A stretch of DNA of 64,000 nt from assembly GCA_951406725.2 (NCBI GenBank), contig OX597823.1:118048001-118112000 (forward strand), given 5' to 3'. A program made the translations under genes and the position numbers. This document shows, one piece after another, positions 38,176 to 50,480 of this stretch. Position 1 is the stretch's first letter. The number at the start of each line of letters is the position of its first letter. The notes beneath the pieces are model-generated. The model searched no databases, was not told the DNA's origin, and saw only the letters and a list, made by a program, of their open reading frames with translations. The stretch comes from Octopus vulgaris (taxonomy: Eukaryota).

Positions 38176-38545
38176 GGAGGCGCAATGGCCCAGTGGTTAG
38201 GGCAGTGGACTCGCGGTCATAGGATCGCGGTTTCGATTCCCAGACCGGGCGTTGTGAGTGTTTATTGAGCGAAAATACCTAAAGTTCCACGAGGCTCCGG
38301 CAAGGGGTGGTGACGAACCCTGCTGTACTCTTTCACCACAACTTTCTCCCGCTCCTTCTTCCAGTTTCTGTTATACCTGTATTTCAAAGGGCGAGTCTTG
38401 TCACATTGTGTGTCACGCTGAATCTCCCCGAGAAATACGTTAAGGGTACACGTATCTGTGGAGTGCACGTTAATTTCACGAGCAGGCTGTTCCGTTGATC
38501 GGTTCAACTGGAACCCTCGTCGTGGTAACCGACGGAGTGCCAACA
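38176..38545 (+). mobile_element. SINE family C (tRNA-derived), full length
   Basis: ggaggcgcaatggcccagtggttagggcag (A box) ... ggtttcgattccc (B box), followed by about 290 bp of tRNA-unrelated body. Confidence 0.85.
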
Positions 38546-38776
38546 TTGAGAGACAGACAGATGAGTGATAAGCTGTTGGATCAACGCAACCGTGTTCAAA
38601 ATTGATTCATAGATTTCTCGTACCAGCGAATACAAGCAATGTCAATAGCCTGGCGAGAGGAGCTCGGATTTATTAGGTTAACTAGATCATGGCATACTGT
38701 TTAAAGTGTTTGTGTTCCATGACCTACTGAGGGTTACAAAAAATTTTAACCAGCATAATCTATCAGTTTTGGCTAA

Positions 38777-39168
38777 TCTCTCTATATATAAAGCTGAAGT
38801 TGTCTGTGTATGGCAGGTTTGGTAGCTTTCAACTAACACTATCTCCTCCGAGACCCTGCGGCGCAAGTTGACCAAAATTGAGAGTATGATAGAAGAAGAC
38901 TTGCTCTTCATTCCGTAGAAGAAAAAATTTTAATCAGACCATGTTAACACCAAAAATTATTTACATAAAAATGGTGCTTTTTTTTTTATGAAAATCCCTA
39001 TCTTTTACGATTTTTCGACTGCTGTGTCACCATTTTCGGTATATTTCAAACAGAAAAATCTTCACTTAAAAAGAACAAGAAGCTACATAATGCAAAATTT
39101 TTACCTTTCAAAAATTGCAATTCTAAAGGGTCGAAACAAACCCGAGCAACACCGGACGATACTGCTAG
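38777..39168 (+). mobile_element. Non-autonomous Helitron family H1, full length
   Basis: A|TC start, subterminal GC-rich segment and CTAG|T end. Confidence 0.9.
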
Positions 39169-40059
39169 TAGAAATAAAAACGAAGTATCTAGTCTTACCC
39201 AGAGCTACTAAGCATTCATATATTTTATAGATCTATATTATTTTTAAATCCCTTTTCCTAGTAAGCGAAGAAATAAAAGAGCAAACTGCAACAAAAAGTT
39301 ATCAGTGTTTATCTATGTACCGTTTGTACCAGGAAATCCTCAGATATTGATCTCTAATAGAGGCACATAACTATAGGGGTATGGAAGTAGTCAATTAGTT
39401 CATCACAACTTTACAGGAAACATCGTATAACTCGGAAGACATTGTATAACCAGGAAGCAAACTTACTCGGCCTATACTAAAATACAATAGAAGGAAAATA
39501 AAGCATTTTCTTTTCGGAAATTACAGTTTACCCCCCTCTGTCTTTTGTTATTGGTGCAAGTTTTACCGCTTATATTGTCACCAGAAATTCCTTTAGTATA
39601 AATATATTTCCTTCTTAAAAAATTTTCCCTTTGAATTTTTTTTACCATGTAATTTTTCTTCGTCCAAGATTTTAATTGTTTTAACGAATAGTAAACAATA
39701 TCAGGGAGTAATCAGAGCAATTTTTGTTCTTAGATTACTTTCTTCGTAATCTACATTGATAATTTTGTTGCATAAAATGAAAAATAAATAAATAAACAAA
39801 TTTATTTTTTTCTTAATTATGAGTAAGTGTAAAATTTTGTTATACAAAAAAAAAATTTTTTATACAGATAGATTTTTAAAATTATATTTTCAATAAAAAG
39901 TTTTTATTTCTTTGAAAAACAAAAGCATACGTGTACATGTTAGAAAACTATTGAAACAGTATAGACACACATATACGTGTATATACATACACGTCTACAC
40001 TGTGTGTATGCTCATGTACATACACACACACTCACATATACATGTGTGTATGGATGTGC

Positions 40060-40320
40060 ATGCGTATGTATGTATGTATGCATGCATGCATGCATGTATG
40101 TATGTATGCATGTATGTATGTATGTATGTATATATGTATGTATGCATGTATGTATGTATGTATGTATGTATGTATGCATGCATGTATGTATGTATGCATG
40201 TATGTATGCATGTATGTATGTATGTATGCATGTATGCATGTATGTATGTATGCATGTATGTATGTATGTATGTATGTATGCATGTATGTATGTACGTGCA
40301 ATATTCTGTATGTATGCATT
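40060..40320. repeat. (ATGT/ATGC)n microsatellite
   Basis: Directly visible. Confidence 0.95.
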
Positions 40321-41699
40321 AAACCATGCACACAATTATTCGTGATTTATAAACCAGTACATTAAATTATTTATGTATCAAACTAATCTTCGCTGAAGGA
40401 AATAGTATTTAATTTAAAAGCGAATACTTAGAGAGAATAAAAAACTGAACCATACTTTTTAGTACGTAATTCTTTAATTATCCAAGCTCAAGAGTCTCTA
40501 CACGGTCTCTCTATCACCTAGAAATAAGCAGTTCCTTCAGCACTCTATTATCTTGGAAAAGAAAAGGAAGGATATATTGAATAGTGTAGTCCTATCTGTT
40601 CCCAAAGGAATGTGGTTATCTTAGTTGCAAAATCTTTCATTATAGATCTGCTCAGTGTTGGCCAAGGGTTAAACAGTAACAACATAGTAACAATCATCAT
40701 TAACATCCACAGCATAGTTAAAGCAAAACCTAGCGAGTCAAAGAATCGTAATTAGTGCAGCCAATTTACTAAATTAGCAGAGTTAGGGAGAGTTGATACC
40801 TTTCAAATGAAGGAAATGATTCGAAGGTGGACTCGAAACTAGACCTCAACCACCATTACCCTACAAATACCTATATTATCGCTACTAAGTGAAAATTAAT
40901 TGGAAGATCCTCATGAGATGTGTACGTGTGTGAGAAAGCGTGTTGGTGTATACATCAGCAGACGGGGTGGAAGGAAGAACAGAAGACGAAAGCAGCGACA
41001 ATAATAAGCCCAGTGGAAGAAGAAAATAGCTTCGGGCATGTAGTCACTGTTACTCGCGACGTATTATCATGACAACTGTACACCATAATTTTTACATTCT
41101 CTTACCACAACCTGTTTACGTAGAACAAACCAGAAGCTCTACATTGTTTCCTCTTCCCAACTCATCCTCCTTTTTTTCTTTTTTTTTTCTTTCTCTTCCA
41201 GTCCATTTATTCTTCCTTACAATGTGTTTCCGCTATTTCCCCTAACTCAATAATCCTCATTTTAAAAATATTTTTATTTTTCTCATCTGTAAACTGTCTT
41301 TATTCTCCCACAAAACCATTCAGCACTGAGCTTTAATTTCTATTTATTTTTCCTTCTCCTTTCGTTCTCTCCCCACCCTTTTCTATAGATGTATGTGTAT
41401 GTGTGTGTTTGTGTACATATTTGTGTATATCAGTTGTTGGGAAGGCTGATTACTCTCCACGCCGTGGAAACACCAAATTAACAGGTAAACAAGTTACACA
41501 CGCACACGTATATACATATATATTTTACATATACGCGCACGCGTGTGTGTGTGTGTATGTATGACTTAAATCCGCAAAAGTTACAAAGTGACTCAAAGGT
41601 CAAGAGTTTTATAATGGGAGGCAAAGTTCACGATATCGGATGAATATCGTCTTCTCCCGTTAAAATTGTTCTTTGTTTTGTTTCAGGCTCCAGCAGGCG

Positions 41700-42689
41700 A
41701 GGTCAGCTATGACAAAAATCCACCTAAAATCCCGGCGAAGATTAATGTCAATATGTAAGGAAACTTGACCATAAGTCGCAATGGGAGACCATTTGACCAC
41801 ATGCAAGGTGATCTCTGAACGCATTGGCTTGTCTGTAGTGAGACGCAAAGGCCAAATAGAGCAGCTAGAACCCGTGTCAACCATAAACGCCTCGTTAGAC
41901 ACGCGGTACTTCACAAAAAATGCACGATTTGAGGATAATTGGCTGGAAGTGCTTGACGTACTCAAACCCTCCACAGGTTGTTTTCCGACGACTGGAAAGA
42001 AGAAAGCTGAATGTATTTACAGGCTCTATACTGATACCTGGCATGGTACCAACAAAGACCGGAACTAAATGAAAAGGAATTGGTCGAGCATGAACGGGAC
42101 TGGTTTCAAACTGCGATGGTGCGAAGAGTTGGAGCGCCCTTAGCAAAGCGTGTCCATACGGCTTGTTAAAGAAGCAAGTTTCTCCACAATATCATCATGT
42201 GATGAGGAAGATGCAGTGGATGAAACCTCTGAGCAAGAGCAGACATGGCGAGATGCTGGCTGGATAGCGAACTCTAAAATTTTATCAGCTATGGTAGCTA
42301 GTTGATCCATGGTGTTGGTATCGACCACTGTGGCTAAAATGGTTTGCACATTGGGAGGTAGCCGGGAGAAGAAAAGCTTCCGTAAGAGCAAGTTGTCCTC
42401 AGTCGTGTCACTGAGCTCACGGAGATGGCTCCTAGCTCTTCGTCCTGCATTAGCTGCTTAAACTTAGACTCCGCAGATTTAGTGTTCAGTTGGAGAACCT
42501 CAGATTTGACTACCTTGTAAGTCGCATCCGGACAAGGATTAGTGATGAGATCCCTGACTGAAGTAGCGAGTGGTGCAGGAATGCTACAAAGGAGAAGATT
42601 TAATTGTCGCTGCGAAGGTACCGCATGTGCTGTAAAATACGGTTCCAACTGACGTCACCTGTGAAAGAAGGAAGATTAGGTAAACTCAT
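41700..42689 (-). pseudogene. Gypsy gag plus aspartic protease, frameshifted
   Basis: MSLPNLPSFTG..., VRDLITNPCPDATYKVVKSEVL, LFFSRLPPNVQTIL...LATIADKILE, LCWYHARY and protease FMVDTGSSCSIWP...TYGQVSLHIDINLRRDFRWIFVIADL. Confidence 0.9.
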
Positions 42690-43190
42690 TTTTTTTCTGT
42701 CAGAGGAGAAAAAGAAAAGGACAGTGTGTGTGCGAGAAGAAAACATTTTTTTCTGAGAAAAATTTATTGAATTATGTACTGTATGCACAGACAAGAAAAA
42801 AAAAATTTCGGTGCCAAACCTGTTGTTGTGCTGCCAAAAAACAAACAAAAAAATGTCAAAAACACTGTGATTGGATGTGTGTGCTTGTAGCAATAAATTT
42901 TTTCTTTTTTTTTTGTCAGTTGAAAAAGTCGCCAGAGAATGGCGCATGACTGGTAATGTCTTTTTCAATGTGGGACAATTCAAATGTGGCAGCAGACAGG
43001 AACGAGGGCTGGAAGTTGAGTTGATTCTTCTGGCTTTCTGTAGCTCCTTTTGACTGCCGGAGATCTTTTACACGTTCGGGGTCACCATTTTATAATGGGA
43101 GGCAAGGTTCATGATATCAGATGAATATCACCTTCTACCATTAAAAATTGTTCTTTGTGTTGTTTCAGGCTCCAGCAGGCGAGGAAAGAA

Positions 43191-43840
43191 GTCATCATCA
43201 TCATCATCAATTAATGTCCACTTTCCATGCTAGCATGGGTTGGAGAATTTGACTGAGGTCTGGCGAACCAGATGGCTGCACCAATCTCCAACCTGATCTG
43301 GTAGAGTTTCTACAGCTGGATGCCCTTCCTAACGCCAACCACCCCGAGAGTGTAGTGGGTGCTTTTACGTGCCACTGGTATGAGGGCCAGTTTAGTGGTA
43401 CTGGCAATGGCCACACCCAAATGGTGCTTTTTATGTGCCACCTGCACAGGAGCCAGTCCAGCGGCACTGGCGACAACCTTGCTCGAATGTTTCGTGTGCC
43501 ACCAGCATAAGTGCTAGTAAGGCGACGCGGTAACGCTCACGCTCGAATGGTGTGTTTAACATGCCATCGGCATGGAGGCCAGCTTGTTGCTCTGGCAACG
43601 ATCTCACCCGTATGGTACTCTTAGTGCTCCACTAGCAACGGATGCCAGTCACCGAGTTTGATTTCGATTTCGATTTCACTTGCCTCAACTGGTCTTTGCA
43701 AACAGAGTTTAGTGTCCAATGAAGAAAAGGCATGCACAAGTGGACTGGTTACACCCCTAGCATAGGCCACAAGGTTATGGCCACACTTGTGCTTGCTGAG
43801 TCTTCTGCAGCACAGCATATTTCCAGAGGTCCCGGTCACT
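43191..43840 (-). mobile_element. RTE-clade LINE 3' end inserted in the Gypsy 5' LTR
   Basis: (cat)n tail and UTR subrepeats; aagt on both flanks. Confidence 0.88.
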
Positions 43841-44479
43841 AAGTAAAAATGCAATTCACAACCAGTTTATTTACAAGTTACACAGAATAGATGAAGTGTG
43901 TTGCCCGCAGTATACCATCTCAAGCTGTGTGCGTCTCATTGTATCTCCGTTAACGCAGGCCCATTGCCTCTGGAGATATGACATGCAGACAGGACTAGTC
44001 TAGAGACCCAGCCAGCGAAGTGTGTTCAGCAAGCGCTTGTGGTGAAGAGGAAATAGAATCTGTTGTGTTGGGCCCTTATATCCAGTTTGACATCACAAGC
44101 CTCGTTGTGATCTCACGCATGGCAAATGGATGCAGGTGAGGTCTTGCTCCAGTCTCAGAGATGGCAATGGCTGCCGAGGGATCTCATCCAATATGGCGCT
44201 AACTACTTGTACCACTACAGTTTCAACTATCACACTTACCAAACCATGTTTGATAAGTCTTGTGGACGAAAATCTAGCCAGTGAGTCATTGTAAATTCCA
44301 CCGATTAAAATAATTTTTTTTTTAGAGTTTGTCAATTATATTGTACATAGTGCTCAACTGGTACTTATTTCATCCTTTCAAAATCAATGAAACGCACACA
44401 CAGACACACACACACACACATAAGAGAAGAAAAAGATAATGGAGATTAGGAAGTTAATAATTGTTTATTAGTAACTGTA

Positions 44480-44662
44480 AATTAATCATCAGCCCCTACA
44501 GCTGTTTCAATTAATACACAGTAAATATTAAATAAATATTAAATTTATATTACCTGAGCATAATTATTTTTCCTCTCTGAAGATATTATGCTCAGGTCAT
44601 ATAAATTTAAAATTTGCTTAAAATTTACTGAGTATTAATTGAAACAGCTGGTGGTTAATGAT
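44480..44662. mobile_element. Palindromic element family P3 (Penelope-like)
   Basis: cagctgtttcaattaatac...cctgagcataat / attatgctcagg...gtattaattgaaacagctg, with CTGAAGA at the centre and GAAACAGCTG at the arm end. Confidence 0.6.
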
Positions 44663-45280
44663 ATGTGCATCTCTGATCATGAGCAGAAGTAGTTGGGGAG
44701 CATCATAGCCATGTGTTGAGAGGAATTCTTTGGGGTTTGAATAATTCATCTCTGGAAACATAGGTGTTTTGTTCATCATCCTTTAACAGATCTTATACAG
44801 GGACCTTTTGAGCAGGATGGGCTACTCAACTGGGCCTCACCTGCAAGGTCATGTGCTCTTTATTTTGATATAAAATCACCATGTCGTGCAAATATGGTTG
44901 TGATGCACGTGCCCTTATCAGACAGGTAGTCATGATGGGTATACTGGGCTTCATATAATTTTTTTTTCTATTTCTTTATTACCCACAGGGGGCTAAACAT
45001 AGAGGGGACAAACAAGGACAGACAAACGGATTAAGTCGATTATATCGACCCCAGTGCATAACTGGTACTTATTTAATCGACCCCTAAAGGACGAAAGGCA
45101 AAGTTGACCTTGGCAGAATTTGAACCCAGAACATAACAGCACACAAAATACCACAACATATTTCGCCCAGCATGCTAATGATTCTGCCAGTTCGCCACCT
45201 TTATATAATTGAGCTTCGTATAATTGTACCCCAGTGTCACTTTGATGGCATGTGCTGCTCTCTCACTCAATAATAATAAG
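44663..45280 (+). mobile_element. Probable LINE 3' UTR with (TAA)n tail, split by a SINE
   Basis: Ends ctctctcactc-aataataataa. g(g/a)gcttc(a/g)tataatt is duplicated either side of the SINE. Confidence 0.45.
44965..45202 (-). mobile_element. SINE family B
   Basis: Reverse complement of the 28721 copy. Confidence 0.88.
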
Positions 45281-45964
45281 GAAAATATGAATGATATATA
45301 ATGCTTTATAGGGCATACATTTGTTTCAATAAAATGCTGCAAGAATTACATAACAGTTTTTCCCAGCTTGCTGCCTTTACACACGCATGCACACACACAA
45401 ATATAGGTTAAATGGCACAGGTATGAAAACTTACATTTATGACCTTAAATGTCTGTGTCAACAATCCATAAGTTGTTGCTCTTCATCAGCTTATTGTAAT
45501 AGTGAGGCCTAATTCTTTTGTGTCACACATGGTTTGTTGATTTATATATATATATATATACATACACATATATCCCGTCCAAACCATGCCAGCATGAAAG
45601 GAGGTTGTTAAACGATGATAATGATGATGATGAAATACTTATACACACACACACACATATATCTTTAAATTTACACACACAAACAACTCTCTATCTATTT
45701 ATCTTTCTATTGAGCCATCTATCCACATAAATATACAAATAGTTAAACATTCATATATTTATATACATGTATACATATACATACAAATATATATATATAC
45801 ATACATATGTATACATACACACATGTATATATACATATATCCATATATATATGTACATATGAATATGTATATACATATATATATATACTTGCATATATGT
45901 GTGCATATATACAAATACCTATCATATATATATATATATACATACATATATATACATATATATA

Positions 45965-46200
45965 AAGCACCAACCGATTGTGGCCGTTTGCCAGCCTGCT
46001 CTGGCCCCTGTGCCGGTGGCATGTAAAAAACACCCACTACACTCACGGAGTGGTTGGCGTTAGGAAGGGCATCCAGCTGTAGAAACACTACCAAATCAGA
46101 CTAGAGCCTGGTGCAGCCTCCATGGCTTACCAAACCCTGGTTGAACCGTCCAACCCATGCTAGCATGGAAAACGGACTTAAATGATGGTGATGATGATGA
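45965..46200 (+). mobile_element. RTE-clade LINE 3' UTR fragment
   Basis: cacccactacactcacggagtggttggcgttaggaagggcatccagc...(gat)n. Confidence 0.88.
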
Positions 46201-46251
46201 TATACATACATATAAATACTGTGTGTGAGTGCGTGTGTGCGTGCGTGCGTG

Positions 46252-47280
46252 TGTAGTTGATAGTTTCCGCTACGTAGGTGACCAAGTTAGTAGTGGAGGT
46301 GGATGCTCAGAGAGTGTCACCACTAGAATACGAATAGCCTGGGCAAAGTTTAGAAAGCTCCTACCCCTACTGGCGACAAAGGGTCTCTCGCTCAGAGGGA
46401 AAGGTAGATTGTATGATGCATGTGTGCAAACTGCCATGCTTCACGGTAGTGAAACATGGGCTGTGACTGCAGTGGACATGTGTAAACTTGAAAGAAATGA
46501 AGCTAGCATGATCTGCTGGGTGTGTAATGTCAGTGTGCACGCACGACAGAGGGTAAGCACCCTGAGAGAAATGCTGGACATAAGAAGCATCAGATGTGGT
46601 GTGCAAGAGCGACGCTTGCGATGGTATGGTCATGTACTGCGGATGGATGAGGATAGATGTGTGAAGAAGTACCGCTCCCAAATAGTTGAAGGTATCAGGG
46701 GGAGAGGTAGACCCAGGAAGACATGGGATAAGGTAGTCAAGCATGACCACAGAGCGTTGGGCTTCACAGAGACAATGACGAAGGACAGAGATCTCTGGAG
46801 ATATGCTGTGACTGCAAAGACCCGGGCTGCTTCCTGCACCAGTTCCGCATAGCCCCAGCCCATTCAAAGTACCTTGGATTTCAGAACAAACTGCTGTACT
46901 TGAGGAGACCTGTTGAGTCAAGTACATCGAAATAAATATCAATGGAAATAGTAGTTGTGATACCTGTGCCGGTGGCACATAAAAAGCACCATCCGAATGT
47001 GGATGATGCCAGCGCCGCCTTGACTGGCTTCTGTGCTGGTGGCATGTAAAAAGCACCATCCGAACGTGGCCAATGCCAGCGTCGCTTTGACTGGCTTCCG
47101 TGCAAGTGGCACGTTAAAAGCACCAACCAATTGTGGCCGCTGCCAGACTCCCCTGGCACTTGTGCCGGTGGCATGTAAAAAGCACCCACTACACTCACGG
47201 AGTGGTTAGCGTTAGGAAGGGCATCCAGCTGTAGAAACGGAAAACGGACGTTAAACGATGATAATGATGATGATGATGAT
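46252..47280 (+). mobile_element. RTE-clade LINE, 5'-truncated (about 200 codons of post-RT ORF, stop at 46852, 3' UTR, (GAT)n tail)
   Basis: VDSFRYVGDQVSSGGGCSESVTTRIRIAWAKFRKLLPLL...MLHGSETW...RRLRWYGHVLRMDEDR...GRGRPRKTW. Confidence 0.93.
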
Positions 47281-47557
47281 ATATATATATACATACATAT
47301 ATGTATGTGTGTGTATATATATATAATAAAAGGCTAAAATTAATTAATAATTTTACCAAGTAGATTGGCACATTAAAATAACCTTCATAGGTAAAATTAT
47401 ACAAATATTCTATAATTATAAATATTATAATTAAGGGTCCGCTAATTGCTTCACCACATACTGAATTTAGATATTGGAGTTAAAAAATTCCTTTTCTACT
47501 ATTGTAAGAATCTCCACGGGCAAAGAGAAAAACAATGAATCAACACGACTCCAATTA

Positions 47558-47613
47558 GCCACAGACAAGTTTCGAGATTAAAGTGTTTCAATTTCTTCTC
47601 TCTTCAGTGCAAC
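47558..47613 (-). ncRNA. Minimal type I hammerhead ribozyme motif within a Penelope-like element (about 47380-47880)
   Basis: guugca-CUGAAGA-gaga-(19 nt)-ucuc-GAAAC-uu-GUC-uguggc: complete canonical core and GUC triplet. 47613-47650 is inverted at about 47839-47876. Confidence 0.65.
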
Positions 47614-48699
47614 ATTTCCAATTATAAAATTTGAAAATGCTAGGGCTAAATATGCACACGATCAAGCGATATCATGCAACAGATATCCAACCAACACTTC
47701 CAAAATTTATACAGCTGAATATGAATACACTATTCATCCCTTGTACCTATGTGTATGTTATAAGCAGTACCACAGAAAAGTGCAGTTATCTATCATGGAG
47801 TAAATTATAATTTTAAATTTAATAATAAAAGGGTAAAATTTAACCCTAGCACTTTCAAATTTTATAATTGGAAATGCAAGATTGCGTAATGTTTCTACAA
47901 CTGTTATGTAATTATTACAGTACTTTGGTAAAATGCATGTATCTTCTATAAAGCAATGATTAACATACCTGTTTTCTGTATATTATAATTGTTCCTCTAT
48001 CCTCTCTATATGTGTGTGTTTGTATATGTGTGCATATATATGTGTATGCATCCGTAAGTGTACATATATATGTGTATTTATGTATGTATAAGTAAATGAA
48101 AAAAATACAGCCATCTCTTGAAATCATCAATGACTTGGTCGTGTATACTATGTTTATGCTAATTGTTTTATGTATGTAGTCGTGAGCAGATATAGATAAC
48201 TTCATTCCATCTCTCCCCTTGACCAAGTGCAACACCCAAGATAACTGAAGAGAGAGACAGGGATTGAAGGGTCTTCAGCACTTTACTCATGCTTATTGCA
48301 GCCAAGTAGATTGGGTCAACTTGAAATAAAATGCCATGTTCCAAGACACAACATACCCCTGATCTAAGAATTGAACCTATGACTTTATGATTATTAGCAA
48401 CAACGCTCTATCAATTAGATCAGTCTTGGGCAAACTGCAGCTGTAGGACTTTCTGAATGGCATGGCAATGATAAATTACCTTGCATTCTTTTAGTAGTGC
48501 AGTCTATCTGATGATCAGCCATGTCTCAAGCAGTCTGCATCTCAAAAAAAGTTGCTCATGCTTGAACTAAAATACATGCCTTCATGTGTGTGTGTATGTG
48601 TGTGTTGTGTGAAATAAACAACAGAGATGCTTTGCCCCAAGTGGAAATTGCATGAGCTACTTAAAGTTGTTGTTGCAAGCTCCTTCTCTTGATGGTGAC

Positions 48700-49620
48700 T
48701 GATGCCTTTGCATTTGTGAATCCTTTTGAATCTTCATTAGCTATCTCAAGTCACAAGAGTTTCACTACTTAATGTATGAGCTTCACTTGAGTAGAACTGC
48801 ATGGTCTAAATTAGCCTTCAGCTGTAGATGGGCTCCATTTGCAGTCACTCAACCATAACTATCTTCAGCTTCCATAGTAACCTTCTAGAGTTGATTGGAT
48901 CCCAAATTGATCTTCTGCAAGCAATAGGGCATTGATCTCACTGGAAAACTGTGAGACCCAATCTCAATGAGGAATGACACGATGCATCATCCTTTGAAAA
49001 GAGCCTCATCAATCAAATCCTGATATCTGGTAAGAGATGTTGAGTCTTTCATCTCAGGGTACTAGGTGTTTGACTACTAAAATGGTTTGTATGCTCCTGG
49101 ATGTTGAAAAATTATGGCTGGTCAAAGTGATGTTACTGCCATCTCTTTCAGAAAGATGAATCTTCTCTCCAGGTCCACTTATGTCTCCCACTTACACTTG
49201 ATTCAAAATGCAGGTTTTCTCCTGCGTTTGGAGTTGTATTACATTCTCTTTAGTATTTGACACTTTGAATTGGTGATGCCTGCTGTTATTGACTTTAACA
49301 CTCTACAAATTCTAACCACTCTGAAATTTCTGTAAGGATCTTGTCATGTTTCCACTTGCATCAGCCTTCACCCAGGCCTTTAGGATATGTGGTCAAAAAA
49401 GGGTTCAAGGTTGAAGTTGTCCCACACTACTTTCAGGCCAAGCCCACTTCTTTGCCCTAAATTATAAGCTTGTTTGAAGTTGGCAAGATGTTAGCTACAG
49501 CAAACAAGAGGAGCTTACTAGGTCAGTAACTGTTCAGTCAAATGTCTTATTTCATTGTTGAAAATAATAGTAATAACACTGATTATACCCATAGCAGAGG
49601 GTCATTAATCTCAGGTTATA
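48700..49620 (-). mobile_element. Possible very decayed LINE 5' region (endonuclease-like)
   Basis: Only faint motif resemblance; no clean frame. Confidence 0.25.
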
Positions 49621-50117
49621 AATCAGCTTATGGCTAGCTGTCAAGTTCAAGGCCAGAGGAACAAGCATACTGTCCCTGTCAGATATACTTCACTGCTTTT
49701 TACAACAATTTTCCTCTGCTGCCTCTTGGACCCTTTGTGCTAGAAGTCCTGTCTTGTCACTGGCATAAACATACTCATTGCTGTATATATATGTGTGTTT
49801 TGAATGAATGAATTATCGAATAACAATTGCATAAAATGAAAATAAATATGTAGTTAATGATGAGTAGAATTTGTTTTTCTACTTTTCGGTATTTTGACTT
49901 TTTTCTGTCATTTGGTAATTTCTTTCTTTCTCTTACTATTTCCTTTTCCTGTTCTACTTTATTTTCTTATTTTAAAATTTCTCTCCATTTCCTATTCTCA
50001 CTTTCTGGCTATTCTTTCTTGTTTATTTCCCTCCTTTTCGTTTCTTAATCTTACTTCTCACTTAACTTTTCCCCCTTACCTTACTTATATATCAATTCCT
50101 CAATTTCCTCCTTTATG

Positions 50118-50480
50118 GGCGCAGGCATGGTTGCGTGATAAGAAGTTTACTTCCCAACCACAATAACCCCGTACTGACCAGTCTTGTGAGGGGATTTGGC
50201 AAACGGAAACTGAAAGAAGCCTGTCGTGTGTGTTTGCCCACCACAATCGCTTGACAACTGGTGTTGATTTGCTTACATTTACGTCACAGCAATTATCTAT
50301 ATTAATAAAGGCATCCTTGTTTTGAAAATAAAAACAAAACGTAGCAGTTCAGGAAAACAGAACAACAGAATAAATACCAGACTGAAAAAAAAAATACTGA
50401 GGACGATTCGTTCGACTAAAACCCTTCAAAGTGGTGCTCCAGCATGGTCACAAGCCAATGACTAAGACAAAAGATAAATG
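50118..50480 (+). mobile_element. SINE family A variant with an internal deletion and a 57-bp foreign insert
   Basis: Head ggcgcaggcatggttgcgtgataagaag and tail gtggtgctccagcatgg; insert at 50284-50340. Confidence 0.75.

Larger units (their letters stand above)
41610..44219 (-). mobile_element. Ty3/Gypsy LTR retrotransposon, internally deleted (5' LTR, PBS, gag, protease, 3' LTR stub)
   Basis: TSD GTTT at 41606-41609 and 44220-44223. 5' LTR 44219-43091 starts TGTAGTGG. PBS TGGTGACCCCGAA begins at 43087. 41610-41702 duplicates 43091-43183. Confidence 0.9.

Noticed and set aside
38176-38250. Possible tRNA gene
   Set aside because: A and B boxes are present, but there is no clean cloverleaf or poly-T terminator and it continues into a SINE body.
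46367-47059. 230-aa ORF on the minus strand
   Set aside because: Antisense reading of the RTE LINE; similar ORFs at 17656 and 23153 come from the same repeat.
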